Assembly: GCA_023389255.1 (NCBI GenBank)
Contig: JAEWER010000037.1
Span: forward strand, 1,833 to 65,832
Length of the DNA: 64,000 bases
Origin: Bacillota bacterium
GTDB lineage: Bacteria; Bacillota; Clostridia; Saccharofermentanales; DTU023
Direction of reading: 5' to 3'
In this document: piece by piece, positions 49,426 through 58,731 of the stretch
Layout of the letters: each line of letters begins with the position of its first letter
Numbering within the stretch: the first letter of the stretch is position 1
The notes under the pieces: model-generated
What the model was told of the DNA's origin: nothing
Seen by the model: the letters and a program-made list of their open reading frames with translations, nothing else
Database searches by the model: none
Position numbers and translations under genes: made by a program

Positions 49426-51290
49426 AAATGTTGGTAAATAGCTTCTGCTGTCTTGTGATCTATCTGTGGACAAGCATTTAATTCAGCAAGGCTGGCTTCA
49501 GCGATATTCTTAATGGAGCGGAAATGTTGTAACAAAGCTTTGCGTCTAACTTTGCCGACACCGGCGATGTTCTCCAGTGAATAACGCAAAACACGCTTTT
49601 CACCTAACTTTTTTTGCAATCTTCCAGCAAAACGATGGGCTTCATCTTGGATAGCCGTAAGCAAGCGCAAAAGACCAATGTGTTTGGCGCGTACTAATGG
49701 ATCTAATCCTGTATCTTCTGCCTGTTGTAAAGTGGCACGTAGTTCTAAAATGGTGCCATCTTCACTCACTAACCCGCGCGTACGGTGGCGCTCATCTTTA
49801 ACAATACCAGCTAGTGGAATCTGTGGTGCTAGCTGATCTCTTATCGGCTTAACCGCATTGAGATGACCGATCCCGCCATCAATTAAAATCAATTGTGGTG
49901 TGTGGGCAAAATCGTCATCGCCTAGGCGCTTCAATCTCCTTTCAAGCACAGAACGCATAGCTTCATAGTCATCTATTTCGCCTATTTGTACTTTAAAATG
50001 ACGATAAAGCGAACGCTTAGGTTTTCCGTCCGTGAATACTACCATGGAAGCTGCTCTATCACTCTTACCTAAATTGGCTATATCAAAAGCTTCAATGCGC
50101 TGTGGCACTTGCTCTAAACCGAGTTCATCAGTTAAGTTTTGCATGGCTTCTTCTGTGCTGTTTCCGCCCGTGCCCATCAGTGTGTGGCGCTTCAAACTCT
50201 CGCTGGCGTTGGTTTGTGCCATCTCTAAAATTCTTTTTTTGTCGCCACGCTTCGGTATATATAACTGTACTTTTTTCCCTGCAGAGTGCTGTAAAAACTC
50301 CACCAGCAAATCTTGGTTTTCTAGTGTTGTCGGTATTAGAATTTGGCGTGGCACATAATTTTGTTCTCCATACCATCGGCGCAAATAGTTGCTTAGAATC
50401 TCAGCTTCACTCTCATTTTGATCAGCCAAAAAATTGGCTGAAGAACCTACCATGCGCCCTTGTCTAATCTCTAATCTCTGAACACAAATTTCACTATCGT
50501 TACGAGCTATAGCAACTGCATCAAGTTCTGTATCATCAGTAGTAACGATAACTTGCTTTTCGACCAGTGATTGTACGGCATAAAGGCGATCCCGCCACAG
50601 AGCAGCTTGCTCAAAGTTTAATTCGTTCGATGCTTTTTGCATCCGTTGTTTAATCTCATTGATTACTTGGCTATAGTTACCATCAAGAAAACTGCACACT
50701 TGCTCTATCAATTGGTTATATTCTTCTTCGCTCACTTCTCCTGTACATGGACCTATGCATCTGCCAATGTGCAAATAAAGACATGGCTTTTTCTTACCGA
50801 TATCTCGAGGGAATTGTCTTTTGCAGGTGCGCAAAGGATAAATACGGTGCAGGGCTTGCAAGGCACGATTTAAGTCACCTGCTAAGTAGGGACCATAGAA
50901 TTTAGCGCCCAATTCTTTGTCGCTGTCTTGATGAAAAACCTTAAAAACACGTGGATACATCTCTTGCAAAGTGACTTTGATATACGGATATTCTTTGTCG
51001 TCACGCAACAAGATATTGTAGTGCGGTCGGTACTGCTTGATTAAATTGTTTTCTAGAATGAGCGCTTCTAGTTCATTATTACAGACCACATACTCGAAGT
51101 CGGCAATGTGTGAAATCATTGCTAACACTTTGCGATCACCTGTCGGGTTAGGTCTGAAGTATGATTGCAAACGCTTGGGCAAATTCTTCGCTTTGCCCAC
51201 ATAAATAACAGAGCCGCTGTCATCCTTCATCAGGTAGACACCCGGCTCTTTAGGTATTAAATCTAAACGTGCGTCAAAACGCTTTTGCAT
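49404..51290 (-). CDS. uvrC: Excinuclease ABC subunit C
   Basis: GIY-YIG module PGVYLMKDDSGSVIYVGKAKNLPKRLQSYF, 628 aa. Confidence 0.96.
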   Translation of the reverse strand: MQKRFDARLDLIPKEPGVYLMKDDSGSVIYVGKAKNLPKRLQSYFRPNPTGDRKVLAMISHIADFEYVVCNNELEALILENNLIKQYRPHYNILLRDDKEYPYIKVTLQEMYPRVFKVFHQDSDKELGAKFYGPYLAGDLNRALQALHRIYPLRTCKRQFPRDIGKKKPCLYLHIGRCIGPCTGEVSEEEYNQLIEQVCSFLDGNYSQVINEIKQRMQKASNELNFEQAALWRDRLYAVQSLVEKQVIVTTDDTELDAVAIARNDSEICVQRLEIRQGRMVGSSANFLADQNESEAEILSNYLRRWYGEQNYVPRQILIPTTLENQDLLVEFLQHSAGKKVQLYIPKRGDKKRILEMAQTNASESLKRHTLMGTGGNSTEEAMQNLTDELGLEQVPQRIEAFDIANLGKSDRAASMVVFTDGKPKRSLYRHFKVQIGEIDDYEAMRSVLERRLKRLGDDDFAHTPQLILIDGGIGHLNAVKPIRDQLAPQIPLAGIVKDERHRTRGLVSEDGTILELRATLQQAEDTGLDPLVRAKHIGLLRLLTAIQDEAHRFAGRLQKKLGEKRVLRYSLENIAGVGKVRRKALLQHFRSIKNIAEASLAELNACPQIDHKTAEAIYQHFHGAHES

Positions 51291-51550
51291 TACATTTCCG
51301 GATTGACTAAGTAATCACAGATAGATGCCAATGCTTCTTGCTCATCTGGACCTTCTGCGGTCACTACAATCTCCATACCATTCTCGATACCTAAGGACAT
51401 TACGCCCAATAAGCTCTTGGCATTGGCTCTACGATCGCCACGTGAAAGATACATCGTTGATTGAAAGAGCGATGCTTTTTGAATCAACATGGCTGTTGAT
51501 TTCATCTGCATTCCATCTACACAAGAAAAAATAACTGAGTCTGTTACCAT
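51290..51550 (-). CDS. crh: HPr-like protein of the Crh type (Gln15, Ser46)
   Basis: 86 aa from the ATG at 51550 (SD GGAGGGG). It aligns along its whole length with HPr/Crh. GMQMKST replaces GLHARPA (no His15) and the regulatory-site context NAKSLLGVMSLG is kept. Its stop overlaps the uvrC ATG (TAATG). Confidence 0.8.
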   Translation of the reverse strand: MVTDSVIFSCVDGMQMKSTAMLIQKASLFQSTMYLSRGDRRANAKSLLGVMSLGIENGMEIVVTAEGPDEQEALASICDYLVNPEM

Positions 51551-51642
51551 AATCCCCTCCTGCTTGCTTACCGTTGATCTTGCTGACGTGCAGACCAAAG
51601 CAATCATGTGGTGGCACGTTACTAAAAAAGTCTAATAAAAAA

Positions 51643-51670
51643 ATTGTACTAGTTTTTGAACCGTTGTAAA
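51643..51670 (-). promoter_or_regulatory. Candidate promoter of the crh-uvrC unit
   Basis: Minus strand reads TTTACA, a 16-nt spacer, then TACAAT, about 95 nt upstream of the crh ATG. Confidence 0.5.
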
Positions 51671-51710
51671 GTCACTAATTAGGCAATCTTAGTTCAAGTG
51701 GCAGAAGTAT

Positions 51711-52487
51711 CTATAGTTCCAACGCATACGTTATCATTGCCAGCACCGCAGCTGAAGCTGTCTCCGTACGCAAAATACGAGAACCTAGACTGACACAAAC
51801 AGCTCCCATACTCTTGACCTGTGCAATTTCTTTAGCGCTAAAACCACCCTCAGGGCCAATAAAAAAACTAATACTTTTTGCCTCTTTGGCTGTAGCAGGC
51901 ATTGCCACTAATTCCTGTCTTAAGTTCTCTAAGTAGCTACGCAAAGTTAAAGTTTCTTCCGCTTCCCAGGGAATTAACACACCTGCTTGACCGCTTGTTG
52001 CAACTGCTTGTTTTAAGGCAAATTCAAAGTTCAACGGCATATGTACTTGTACTAAACTCGATCTGCCAGATTGTTTACAGGCAGCTTCTGCAACTCTTTG
52101 CCAGCGTTCTACTTTTTTAGTAGCTTTTTTCTCATCTATGCGCACTACACAATTAGTGAAAGCAACAGGGGTAATACTAGTAACACCTAGTTCCACTGCC
52201 TGCCTGATGATCAAGTCCATTTTGTCACCTTTAGGAATACCTTGATACAAATGGATTTTACTGGGTAATTCGCACTCACCTTGCCAGCTTCGCAAGGATA
52301 CGACTGTAACTACATTATTTGTAATTGCTGTAATAGCAACAAGATGTTCTCTTGAGATCTGATCTACAACCACCAGTTGATCATCTACTTGGTAGCGCAA
52401 AGACTTCAGAAGATGTTTGGCATCTTCTGTTTTTAGCTCAAAACTCTGCCCTGCTTGTACAGGGAAATCGACAAAACATTTTCGCAT
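51711..52487 (-). CDS. rsmE: 16S rRNA (uracil1498-N3)-methyltransferase
   Basis: C-terminal FFIGPEGGFSAKEI motif, 258 aa. Confidence 0.85.
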   Translation of the reverse strand: MRKCFVDFPVQAGQSFELKTEDAKHLLKSLRYQVDDQLVVVDQISREHLVAITAITNNVVTVVSLRSWQGECELPSKIHLYQGIPKGDKMDLIIRQAVELGVTSITPVAFTNCVVRIDEKKATKKVERWQRVAEAACKQSGRSSLVQVHMPLNFEFALKQAVATSGQAGVLIPWEAEETLTLRSYLENLRQELVAMPATAKEAKSISFFIGPEGGFSAKEIAQVKSMGAVCVSLGSRILRTETASAAVLAMITYALEL

Positions 52488-52492
52488 AGTTA

Positions 52493-52528
52493 ATTATAAA
52501 TAAGAACCCAGAGCGTGGCCCTGGGTTC
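52493..52528 (-). terminator. Intrinsic terminator after the ABC permease gene
   Basis: GAACCCAG-(9 nt)-CTGGGTTC followed by TTATTTATAATT on the minus strand. Confidence 0.65.
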
Positions 52529-52538
52529 TCTGTGTTTC

Positions 52539-52599
52539 TGTGTGCATAGATTTAAGTAAAAATCTATATGTTTAATTCAGCACGGTTCCTATGCACACA
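52539..52599. repeat. 11-bp inverted repeat with a 39-nt spacer
   Basis: TGTGTGCATAG (52539..52549) pairs with CTATGCACACA (52589..52599). An inner 8-bp AT hairpin (ATAGATTT/AAATCTAT) shares the ATAG bases. TTTTTATTT follows on the plus strand. Confidence 0.8.
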
Positions 52600-52651
52600 T
52601 TTTTATTTAGGATTACTTCTAGAATTGCACGAAGGATCAAACAAGTCAACC

Positions 52652-54328
52652 CTACATAACTAGATCTTTATCCTTTGAAATCTTCATAAATAAGAGCAGA
52701 GACAAAGCGGTGATGGCACTCAGAATTGTAGACATAGCCGCCGCCACACCATAATTACCTCGTGAAACTGAAACGTAAATCTGAATTGTCAGCGTAATAG
52801 TTGCGAAGTTGTACAGCAAAATCGCCGATGACAGCTCGGTAATAATGGAAATCCAACTGAGCAAAGCACCAGACACGATACCGTTAAACATCATCGGTAA
52901 AGTTACTTTGAAAAAGGCGGTCAATCTACTACAGCCAAGTGACATGGCCGCTTCTTCAATCGACATCGGTATCTGTTGCAAAATAGCAATCGAAGATCTA
53001 GTGGTGTAAGCATTACGTCTGATAACTAAAGCAATGATCATGATGCTATAAGTGCCAACCAGCACCAACGGCTGACGATTAAAGGCAACAACCAAAGAAA
53101 TTGCGACAACCGCACCAGGAATAACGTAAGGAATCATCGTCATAATATCGATTAAGCGATTGATGAAGTTATTACGTCTGACCACAAGGTAGGCGATCAG
53201 CACAGAGATAACGATAATCATGACCAAGGCTAGCGCACCGATCAATACAGTGTTGAGCACAGCTCGACCTATCAGATCCCAAGCAGTGCTATAAGAATCT
53301 AAGGAGTAGCCAGAAACAAATATTTTGCCCGATGTTTTACGGAATGAATTGTAGATAACATACAGTTGTGGTGCATAGGCAACAAATACAACCAAGTAAC
53401 AAAAGACATGGATCAAGATATTACCTACTCCCTTAGCCTTTTTCGGACTGACTGGATGCAAGGCATTAATAGTAAATTGGAACTTACCGTTGACCCACTT
53501 TTGGATGACGAAAATTACTGTAGTAATCAGAATTGCCAACACGCTGACGGCAGCTGCAAAGTTCTTATCACCACCCGTTTCGTTCATGAATTGGTTGTAG
53601 ATCTCAACTGGGAATGTGCGATAACCTTCACCTATAAACAGCGGTGTACCAAAATCAGCAAAGGCACGCATGAAGATCATCAAAGCGGCCGCTAAAATGG
53701 TGGGTATGCACAGCGGAATAATTACTGTAATAAAACGTTTGAACCCGGCACACCCCAAACTTTCACTGGCTTCAAGCAATGAATTATCCAATGATTTCAG
53801 CGCACCATTGACATACAAGAATACGAGTGGGAAGAGTTGTAAACACAGAACTAAGACGATGCCCTTAAAGCCGTAAATCGTTCCCAAGCGAATACCAAAA
53901 GTATCTTTTAAGAAACTTGTAATCAGGCCATTTCTACCTAGCAACAAAATCCAGGAATAAGCACCAATGAACGGTGCAGACATACTGCATAATACGATAA
54001 TGATATTGAGCAAGCCTTTACCCCTAATCTTAAACATGCAGAAGAAATAGGCTAAAGGAACACCAATTATCAAGGTAATTACAGTTACTACAAACGAGAG
54101 CATAAAAGAATTGCCCACCGTTTTGAGATAGTAACTTTCACTAAAAAATTTAATGAAGTGATCTAAAGTAAAACCACCTGCGCTGGACATAAAAGAATCA
54201 CGCAAGAGAATTACTAAGGGATAAATTAAAAAGAGCAAATTAAGGCAGAGCAACACCAAAGTGATAACTGTCCAGGCATCACGTTTGGGGTTCACACGAC
54301 CTGTACTTCTCGCTTTACTGCGCAACAT
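52652..54328 (-). CDS. ABC transporter permease, duplicated (two-domain) type as in Fe3+/thiamine/polyamine-class importers
   Basis: 558 aa with about 12 TM helices in two homologous halves. Adjacent to a PotA/FbpC-like ATPase and an SBP. Confidence 0.8.
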   Translation of the reverse strand: MLRSKARSTGRVNPKRDAWTVITLVLLCLNLLFLIYPLVILLRDSFMSSAGGFTLDHFIKFFSESYYLKTVGNSFMLSFVVTVITLIIGVPLAYFFCMFKIRGKGLLNIIIVLCSMSAPFIGAYSWILLLGRNGLITSFLKDTFGIRLGTIYGFKGIVLVLCLQLFPLVFLYVNGALKSLDNSLLEASESLGCAGFKRFITVIIPLCIPTILAAALMIFMRAFADFGTPLFIGEGYRTFPVEIYNQFMNETGGDKNFAAAVSVLAILITTVIFVIQKWVNGKFQFTINALHPVSPKKAKGVGNILIHVFCYLVVFVAYAPQLYVIYNSFRKTSGKIFVSGYSLDSYSTAWDLIGRAVLNTVLIGALALVMIIVISVLIAYLVVRRNNFINRLIDIMTMIPYVIPGAVVAISLVVAFNRQPLVLVGTYSIMIIALVIRRNAYTTRSSIAILQQIPMSIEEAAMSLGCSRLTAFFKVTLPMMFNGIVSGALLSWISIITELSSAILLYNFATITLTIQIYVSVSRGNYGVAAAMSTILSAITALSLLLFMKISKDKDLVM

Positions 54329-54330
54329 CT

Positions 54331-55440
54331 TTATTCACCTTGCCCTAGAGAAACGCTATAACTTTGCTCACCGTCTTCGCTATAAATGTTGATTTTATCT
54401 AGCTTCAGACCAAGTTTTAGCTCAGTTCCCTCAGCAAAAATCTCATCTATAGCAGACTCTTGCACAATCTCCACAGGTGTACCGTCTGCTAAAGTCAAGA
54501 AGTAATGCGTATTCAAGCCTAGGAAAACTGCGGAGTTAACACGTGCTGTGATCGTCGCTTCATCATTCGTTGTGTTGTCTAAGATCACAAACTCTTCTGG
54601 TCTGATAGATACTTGCACTTTACCAATTTGTGCCTTATCTGCCAGTCTAGGCAAAGTAAAATTAGCACCTGCTACTTGCAAACTATAAGCACTTCCCTCT
54701 TTTTGTAGTTCAGCAGAGAGCAAATTAGTATGTCCAATAAAGTTAGCTACAAAAGTGTTCGCTGGACGCTGGTACAGTTCTTTGGGCGAACCGATTTGTT
54801 GAATCACACCATCTTTCATGACGGCAATGCGATCGGAAATAGCCATCGCCTCTTCTTGATCATGAGTAACATAGACAGTAGTAATACCAATTTCACGTTG
54901 AATTTCACGAATTGCCTGACGCATGTCCACACGCAACTTAGCATCTAAGTTAGATAGAGGTTCATCCATCAATAGCACATCAGGCTCAATCACCAAAGCT
55001 CTAGCCAAGGCAACACGCTGTTGTTGACCACCAGACAAGCGTTCTGGCAGGCGATCACGATATTGATCTATTTTCATCAGACCTAAGAAACGATCTGTTC
55101 TGCTCTGCATCTCGTCTTTAGGAACTTTACGATTTTTCAGACCAAAAGCAACATTTTTTTCGACTGTCAGATGGGGGAAAACTGCATAGTTTTGGAACAC
55201 CATACCAATATTGCGCTTAGCTGGTTCTAGATCGTTGATTACCAAATCATTGAACTTAAAGGTGCCACCTTCTATAGAGTTAAACCCTGCAATCATACGC
55301 AACAAGGTAGTTTTACCACAACCAGATGGACCTAGCAAAGTAAAAAATTCACCATCTTTAATGTGCAAATTCAAATTAGGAATGATGGTCAAATCGCCGT
55401 AACGTTTGACCGCATTCTCGATGTAAATATTTACGCTCAT
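54331..55440 (-). CDS. ABC transporter ATP-binding protein (PotA/FbpC-like with a C-terminal TOBE-type domain)
   Basis: GPSGCGKTT, LSGGQQQRVALARAL, LLMDEP; 369 aa. Confidence 0.9.
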   Translation of the reverse strand: MSVNIYIENAVKRYGDLTIIPNLNLHIKDGEFFTLLGPSGCGKTTLLRMIAGFNSIEGGTFKFNDLVINDLEPAKRNIGMVFQNYAVFPHLTVEKNVAFGLKNRKVPKDEMQSRTDRFLGLMKIDQYRDRLPERLSGGQQQRVALARALVIEPDVLLMDEPLSNLDAKLRVDMRQAIREIQREIGITTVYVTHDQEEAMAISDRIAVMKDGVIQQIGSPKELYQRPANTFVANFIGHTNLLSAELQKEGSAYSLQVAGANFTLPRLADKAQIGKVQVSIRPEEFVILDNTTNDEATITARVNSAVFLGLNTHYFLTLADGTPVEIVQESAIDEIFAEGTELKLGLKLDKINIYSEDGEQSYSVSLGQGE

Positions 55441-55501
55441 ACTCTTCTCTCAAAAACATAGGCAAGATAAATCTTGCCTATGTCTATGCTCACAAAATTG
55501 C

Positions 55502-56566
55502 TTATTTGTTGACTAAAGATAACCACTTTTCTTGGAATTCACTCTTGTGCTCGGATGTGTATTCCAAATCTTCAAACACCTGATTCAACTCACTGAAAGG
55601 TTTCATGAACTTACTCTCATTGGTGAATTTAGGATTAATGGTACGAATAGTGGTGCCAGCCAGTGCTTTTTGTGCACTATCTGATTGCAAGAAATCCATG
55701 AATTTCTTAGCATTTTCCATATTGGGGGCATTTTTAACGATGGCACTACCACCAGGTAGCCAGACACAACCCTCTTGCGGATAGACTAACTTAATATTAG
55801 GAGCACCGTTTTCTAGTAGCGTAATGCAAGGATCTTCATAGGAGACACCCACTGCATATTCGCCATCTGCTGTTCCTTTGTAGATCTGAGATGATGAAGA
55901 AATGATGGTGCCATTTAATTGTTGCACAAATTTATCGACAAATTCCCATGCCTTATCATCAAATGCCTTATCGCCCATAACTGTCAGCATATTAGTCAAT
56001 TCAGCATAAGCACTAGATGATGCAGTAGCATCGCCCATAGCGATATGTCCTTTGAGTTCAGGACGTAACAGATCGGCATAACCCTTAAACTCATCAGGAT
56101 TTAAGCCCAGCTCTTGGAACACTTCAGTGTTGAGTAACAACGCCGCACTTCCCGATAATTTATAGCTGGTGATGAAACCTGTAGTATTTCTATATTCTTC
56201 AGGTAATTTTTCATCATTAACTGAGACATATTTTTCCCACAGATCAGGGTTGGTCTTATAGAAGCCTAAATTGATAGCTCCCCAGTTAACGTCAGCTTGG
56301 GGATTTTCTTTTTCAGCCGCGATACGTGCTAAGACATCGCCTGTACCCATGGACTGCAAAACCACCTTAATACCAGTTTCTTGCTCAAACAAAGGAATTA
56401 AGGCATTAACTTCATCATCTTGGTTGGGGGAATAGATAACCAGCTTACCAGCATCAGCTTTTTGCTCTGCTTGTCCCGTACTCTCTGTTTTTTGTTGGCT
56501 TGAACCACAGCCGACCAAAAGCAACATCATAACGATAGCGGTCAGCAAGGCAAGTGTTTTCTTCAT
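55502..56566 (-). CDS. ABC transporter substrate-binding lipoprotein (Fe3+/polyamine-class family 1 SBP)
   Basis: Lipobox LLLVGCGSS, 354 aa, first gene of the ABC operon. Confidence 0.8.
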   Translation of the reverse strand: MKKTLALLTAIVMMLLLVGCGSSQQKTESTGQAEQKADAGKLVIYSPNQDDEVNALIPLFEQETGIKVVLQSMGTGDVLARIAAEKENPQADVNWGAINLGFYKTNPDLWEKYVSVNDEKLPEEYRNTTGFITSYKLSGSAALLLNTEVFQELGLNPDEFKGYADLLRPELKGHIAMGDATASSSAYAELTNMLTVMGDKAFDDKAWEFVDKFVQQLNGTIISSSSQIYKGTADGEYAVGVSYEDPCITLLENGAPNIKLVYPQEGCVWLPGGSAIVKNAPNMENAKKFMDFLQSDSAQKALAGTTIRTINPKFTNESKFMKPFSELNQVFEDLEYTSEHKSEFQEKWLSLVNK

Positions 56567-57045
56567 ATATCCTCCTGCATATCCTGTTTTTATCTTTAAG
56601 ATGAGATATGCATGTGCTTAAAGTCTAACAGAGACATGACTGCTTTTGCCCTAGTCAAATTAAAAGAAATATTTGCAACTTTTTACCAAGACAACTATCT
56701 TTGCTTTCAGCTTGTGCTGTAGATTAGGAAAAAGAATTGATATACTATCAAACTTAAATTAACTCTTACTGTAACAACACTTGCAGGTAAACAAATCACC
56801 CACTTGCCTATGTTCCTTTATTAGATACTTCTAGGAGCTCTACTCGCCCAACCTAGTACAGAATATGTACAAGAATGTCTACAGGATTATTTAGATCGGG
56901 GGTTTGCGACAGAAATTTTAACTGATGCTTTTTCTCGCTCCACAAGCGAGTAGTTTTGGACCTCTATCCCACAAAAATTGCAACTGTTTTCTCTATAATT
57001 AAGTTATCACTTGAGACTGGCATTTTCTGCTACAGAGGAGATAGT

Positions 57046-58689
57046 ATGATCAACTTAGATACATTGAACTACAAGCGGTTGCGACAGCACACACTCACTT
57101 TGCTGCTGGCTTCCGTGGCGCTCGTTTCTTTATTTTTATTAACAGGATGTGCCAATAAATCTGACGCAGTTAAGATCAACTTTTCCTGGGACATAGACTT
57201 AGGCGAAGAAACTGTTAAATCTCCCTTAGCTGTCCAGATCACAGGCAAAAATATTCAGCAGGAAGAGATCAACCAACTATGCTTAATTTGGCCAGCACAG
57301 GATGCTAAAAGCAACACAGCTTCAGCTATCCTACTGCCTGGTGATTATGTCTTGAACTACGTTTCACTCATCGACAGCAAGGACACTCTATATCGCATTG
57401 AAGCCGATAAGGATCTACATATTCCCACTTTGCAAGAACGCACAACTAAACCTTTATCTGATGCGCTACTACAAATGAAAATAATCTCAGAAAAAGAGAT
57501 CAGCCAAGAAACAATTACCTCTACCCAAGTAAAACTGAAAATGATTTTAAGCCAGAACATCCAGGTTTCTTGTAATCGTGATTTTGATCTAGAAAAACTG
57601 AGAGAAATTTTTGTGTCTTCAAACAACGAAACCAAGACACCTGCGTCTCCGGATAACACTGCCACTACTACCTCTACTAACCAAGCAGAGACAACGTCAG
57701 ATGATTACAACCAGGTACTGCAAGCTTATTTAGACGTAATTAAAAATCCAACTGAGTATATTAAAAAAGAACGTATTTTAGACTCGTCCTCTGGCATATC
57801 TTCTGATCCCAATCAAGGTTTTAATTATCTGCTTGTTCCTCTTTCGTCTGACGGACCTCCTGCTCTTTTAATCGGTGCCGAGTATAGTGTTTCTACGGGA
57901 TATGATCGCACCCAGGAATTATTATGGATAGCGAGCTGGGACCAAAGTAAACAACAGTGCAAAATCTTAAATTACGACGATCCAATCGTACTCAAATTTC
58001 AAACCGGCACTCATTTTAGTGTGATTTTTTCTAATTCCCAAGATAATGAACAAGCAATTTATTACACCACCAACTCTACCGACCAAAGTACAAATCCTGT
58101 ACTCAAATACCACATTAAAGAGGGCAAACTAGTTGCAGAAAAGTTCTCTGATGATAATTCAACTATTGATAATAGAACTTGTGAAACTCTGAATCTCATA
58201 CCCACCTGGGATACTCATTATTTGTTTCAAACATTAGTTCCTAAAAATGAATTGGCAACAGTTTGGGAAGAATATAAGAAGCAACGATTAGCAGAATCTA
58301 CCCAAGACCTAATCTATACCGGTCAACTACGCTATTTCAAAAACGAAGAATCCTTGGCTGAATATCAAGGATTGAGTGAACAAATGATAAACATGTTTTC
58401 CTCTAGCCAATATAAAAGGCAACACCTAATTCTAGTTTTTGATAAACCTAGAACCGTAACCGCTTATTCTGTTGGTAGTCAAGAATACCGTACTGTAGAT
58501 AATAATACTATGCTAGGGTTATTCAATGAATCTCCTGGCACAATGGATAATATTTTAAATTATTTAGACCAGAAACACGCAACTGTAATTTGTAACGAAT
58601 ATGGCTATTGGCAGTCGGATGTTTCCCTCCCAATGTCAGAACCACGTTTAGGCGACAAAAATAAAATCGAAGAACTTCTTATAGATTAA
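57046..58689 (+). CDS. Lipoprotein of unknown function (547 aa)
   Basis: ATG at 57046 lies 6 nt after GAGGAG. Signal and lipobox LLLASVALVSLFLLTGC. The track ORF starts upstream at a TTG. I recognise no motif. Confidence 0.65.
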   Translation: MINLDTLNYKRLRQHTLTLLLASVALVSLFLLTGCANKSDAVKINFSWDIDLGEETVKSPLAVQITGKNIQQEEINQLCLIWPAQDAKSNTASAILLPGDYVLNYVSLIDSKDTLYRIEADKDLHIPTLQERTTKPLSDALLQMKIISEKEISQETITSTQVKLKMILSQNIQVSCNRDFDLEKLREIFVSSNNETKTPASPDNTATTTSTNQAETTSDDYNQVLQAYLDVIKNPTEYIKKERILDSSSGISSDPNQGFNYLLVPLSSDGPPALLIGAEYSVSTGYDRTQELLWIASWDQSKQQCKILNYDDPIVLKFQTGTHFSVIFSNSQDNEQAIYYTTNSTDQSTNPVLKYHIKEGKLVAEKFSDDNSTIDNRTCETLNLIPTWDTHYLFQTLVPKNELATVWEEYKKQRLAESTQDLIYTGQLRYFKNEESLAEYQGLSEQMINMFSSSQYKRQHLILVFDKPRTVTAYSVGSQEYRTVDNNTMLGLFNESPGTMDNILNYLDQKHATVICNEYGYWQSDVSLPMSEPRLGDKNKIEELLID

Positions 58690-58690
58690 A

Positions 58691-58714
58691 AGAGCCCCTA
58701 GCGGGCTCTTTTTT
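58691..58714. terminator. Bidirectional intrinsic terminator between convergent genes
   Basis: AGAGCCC-CTAGC-GGGCTCT is flanked by an A-run on one side and T5 on the other. Confidence 0.75.
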
Positions 58715-58731
58715 AGTGAAAAAATTTAATT

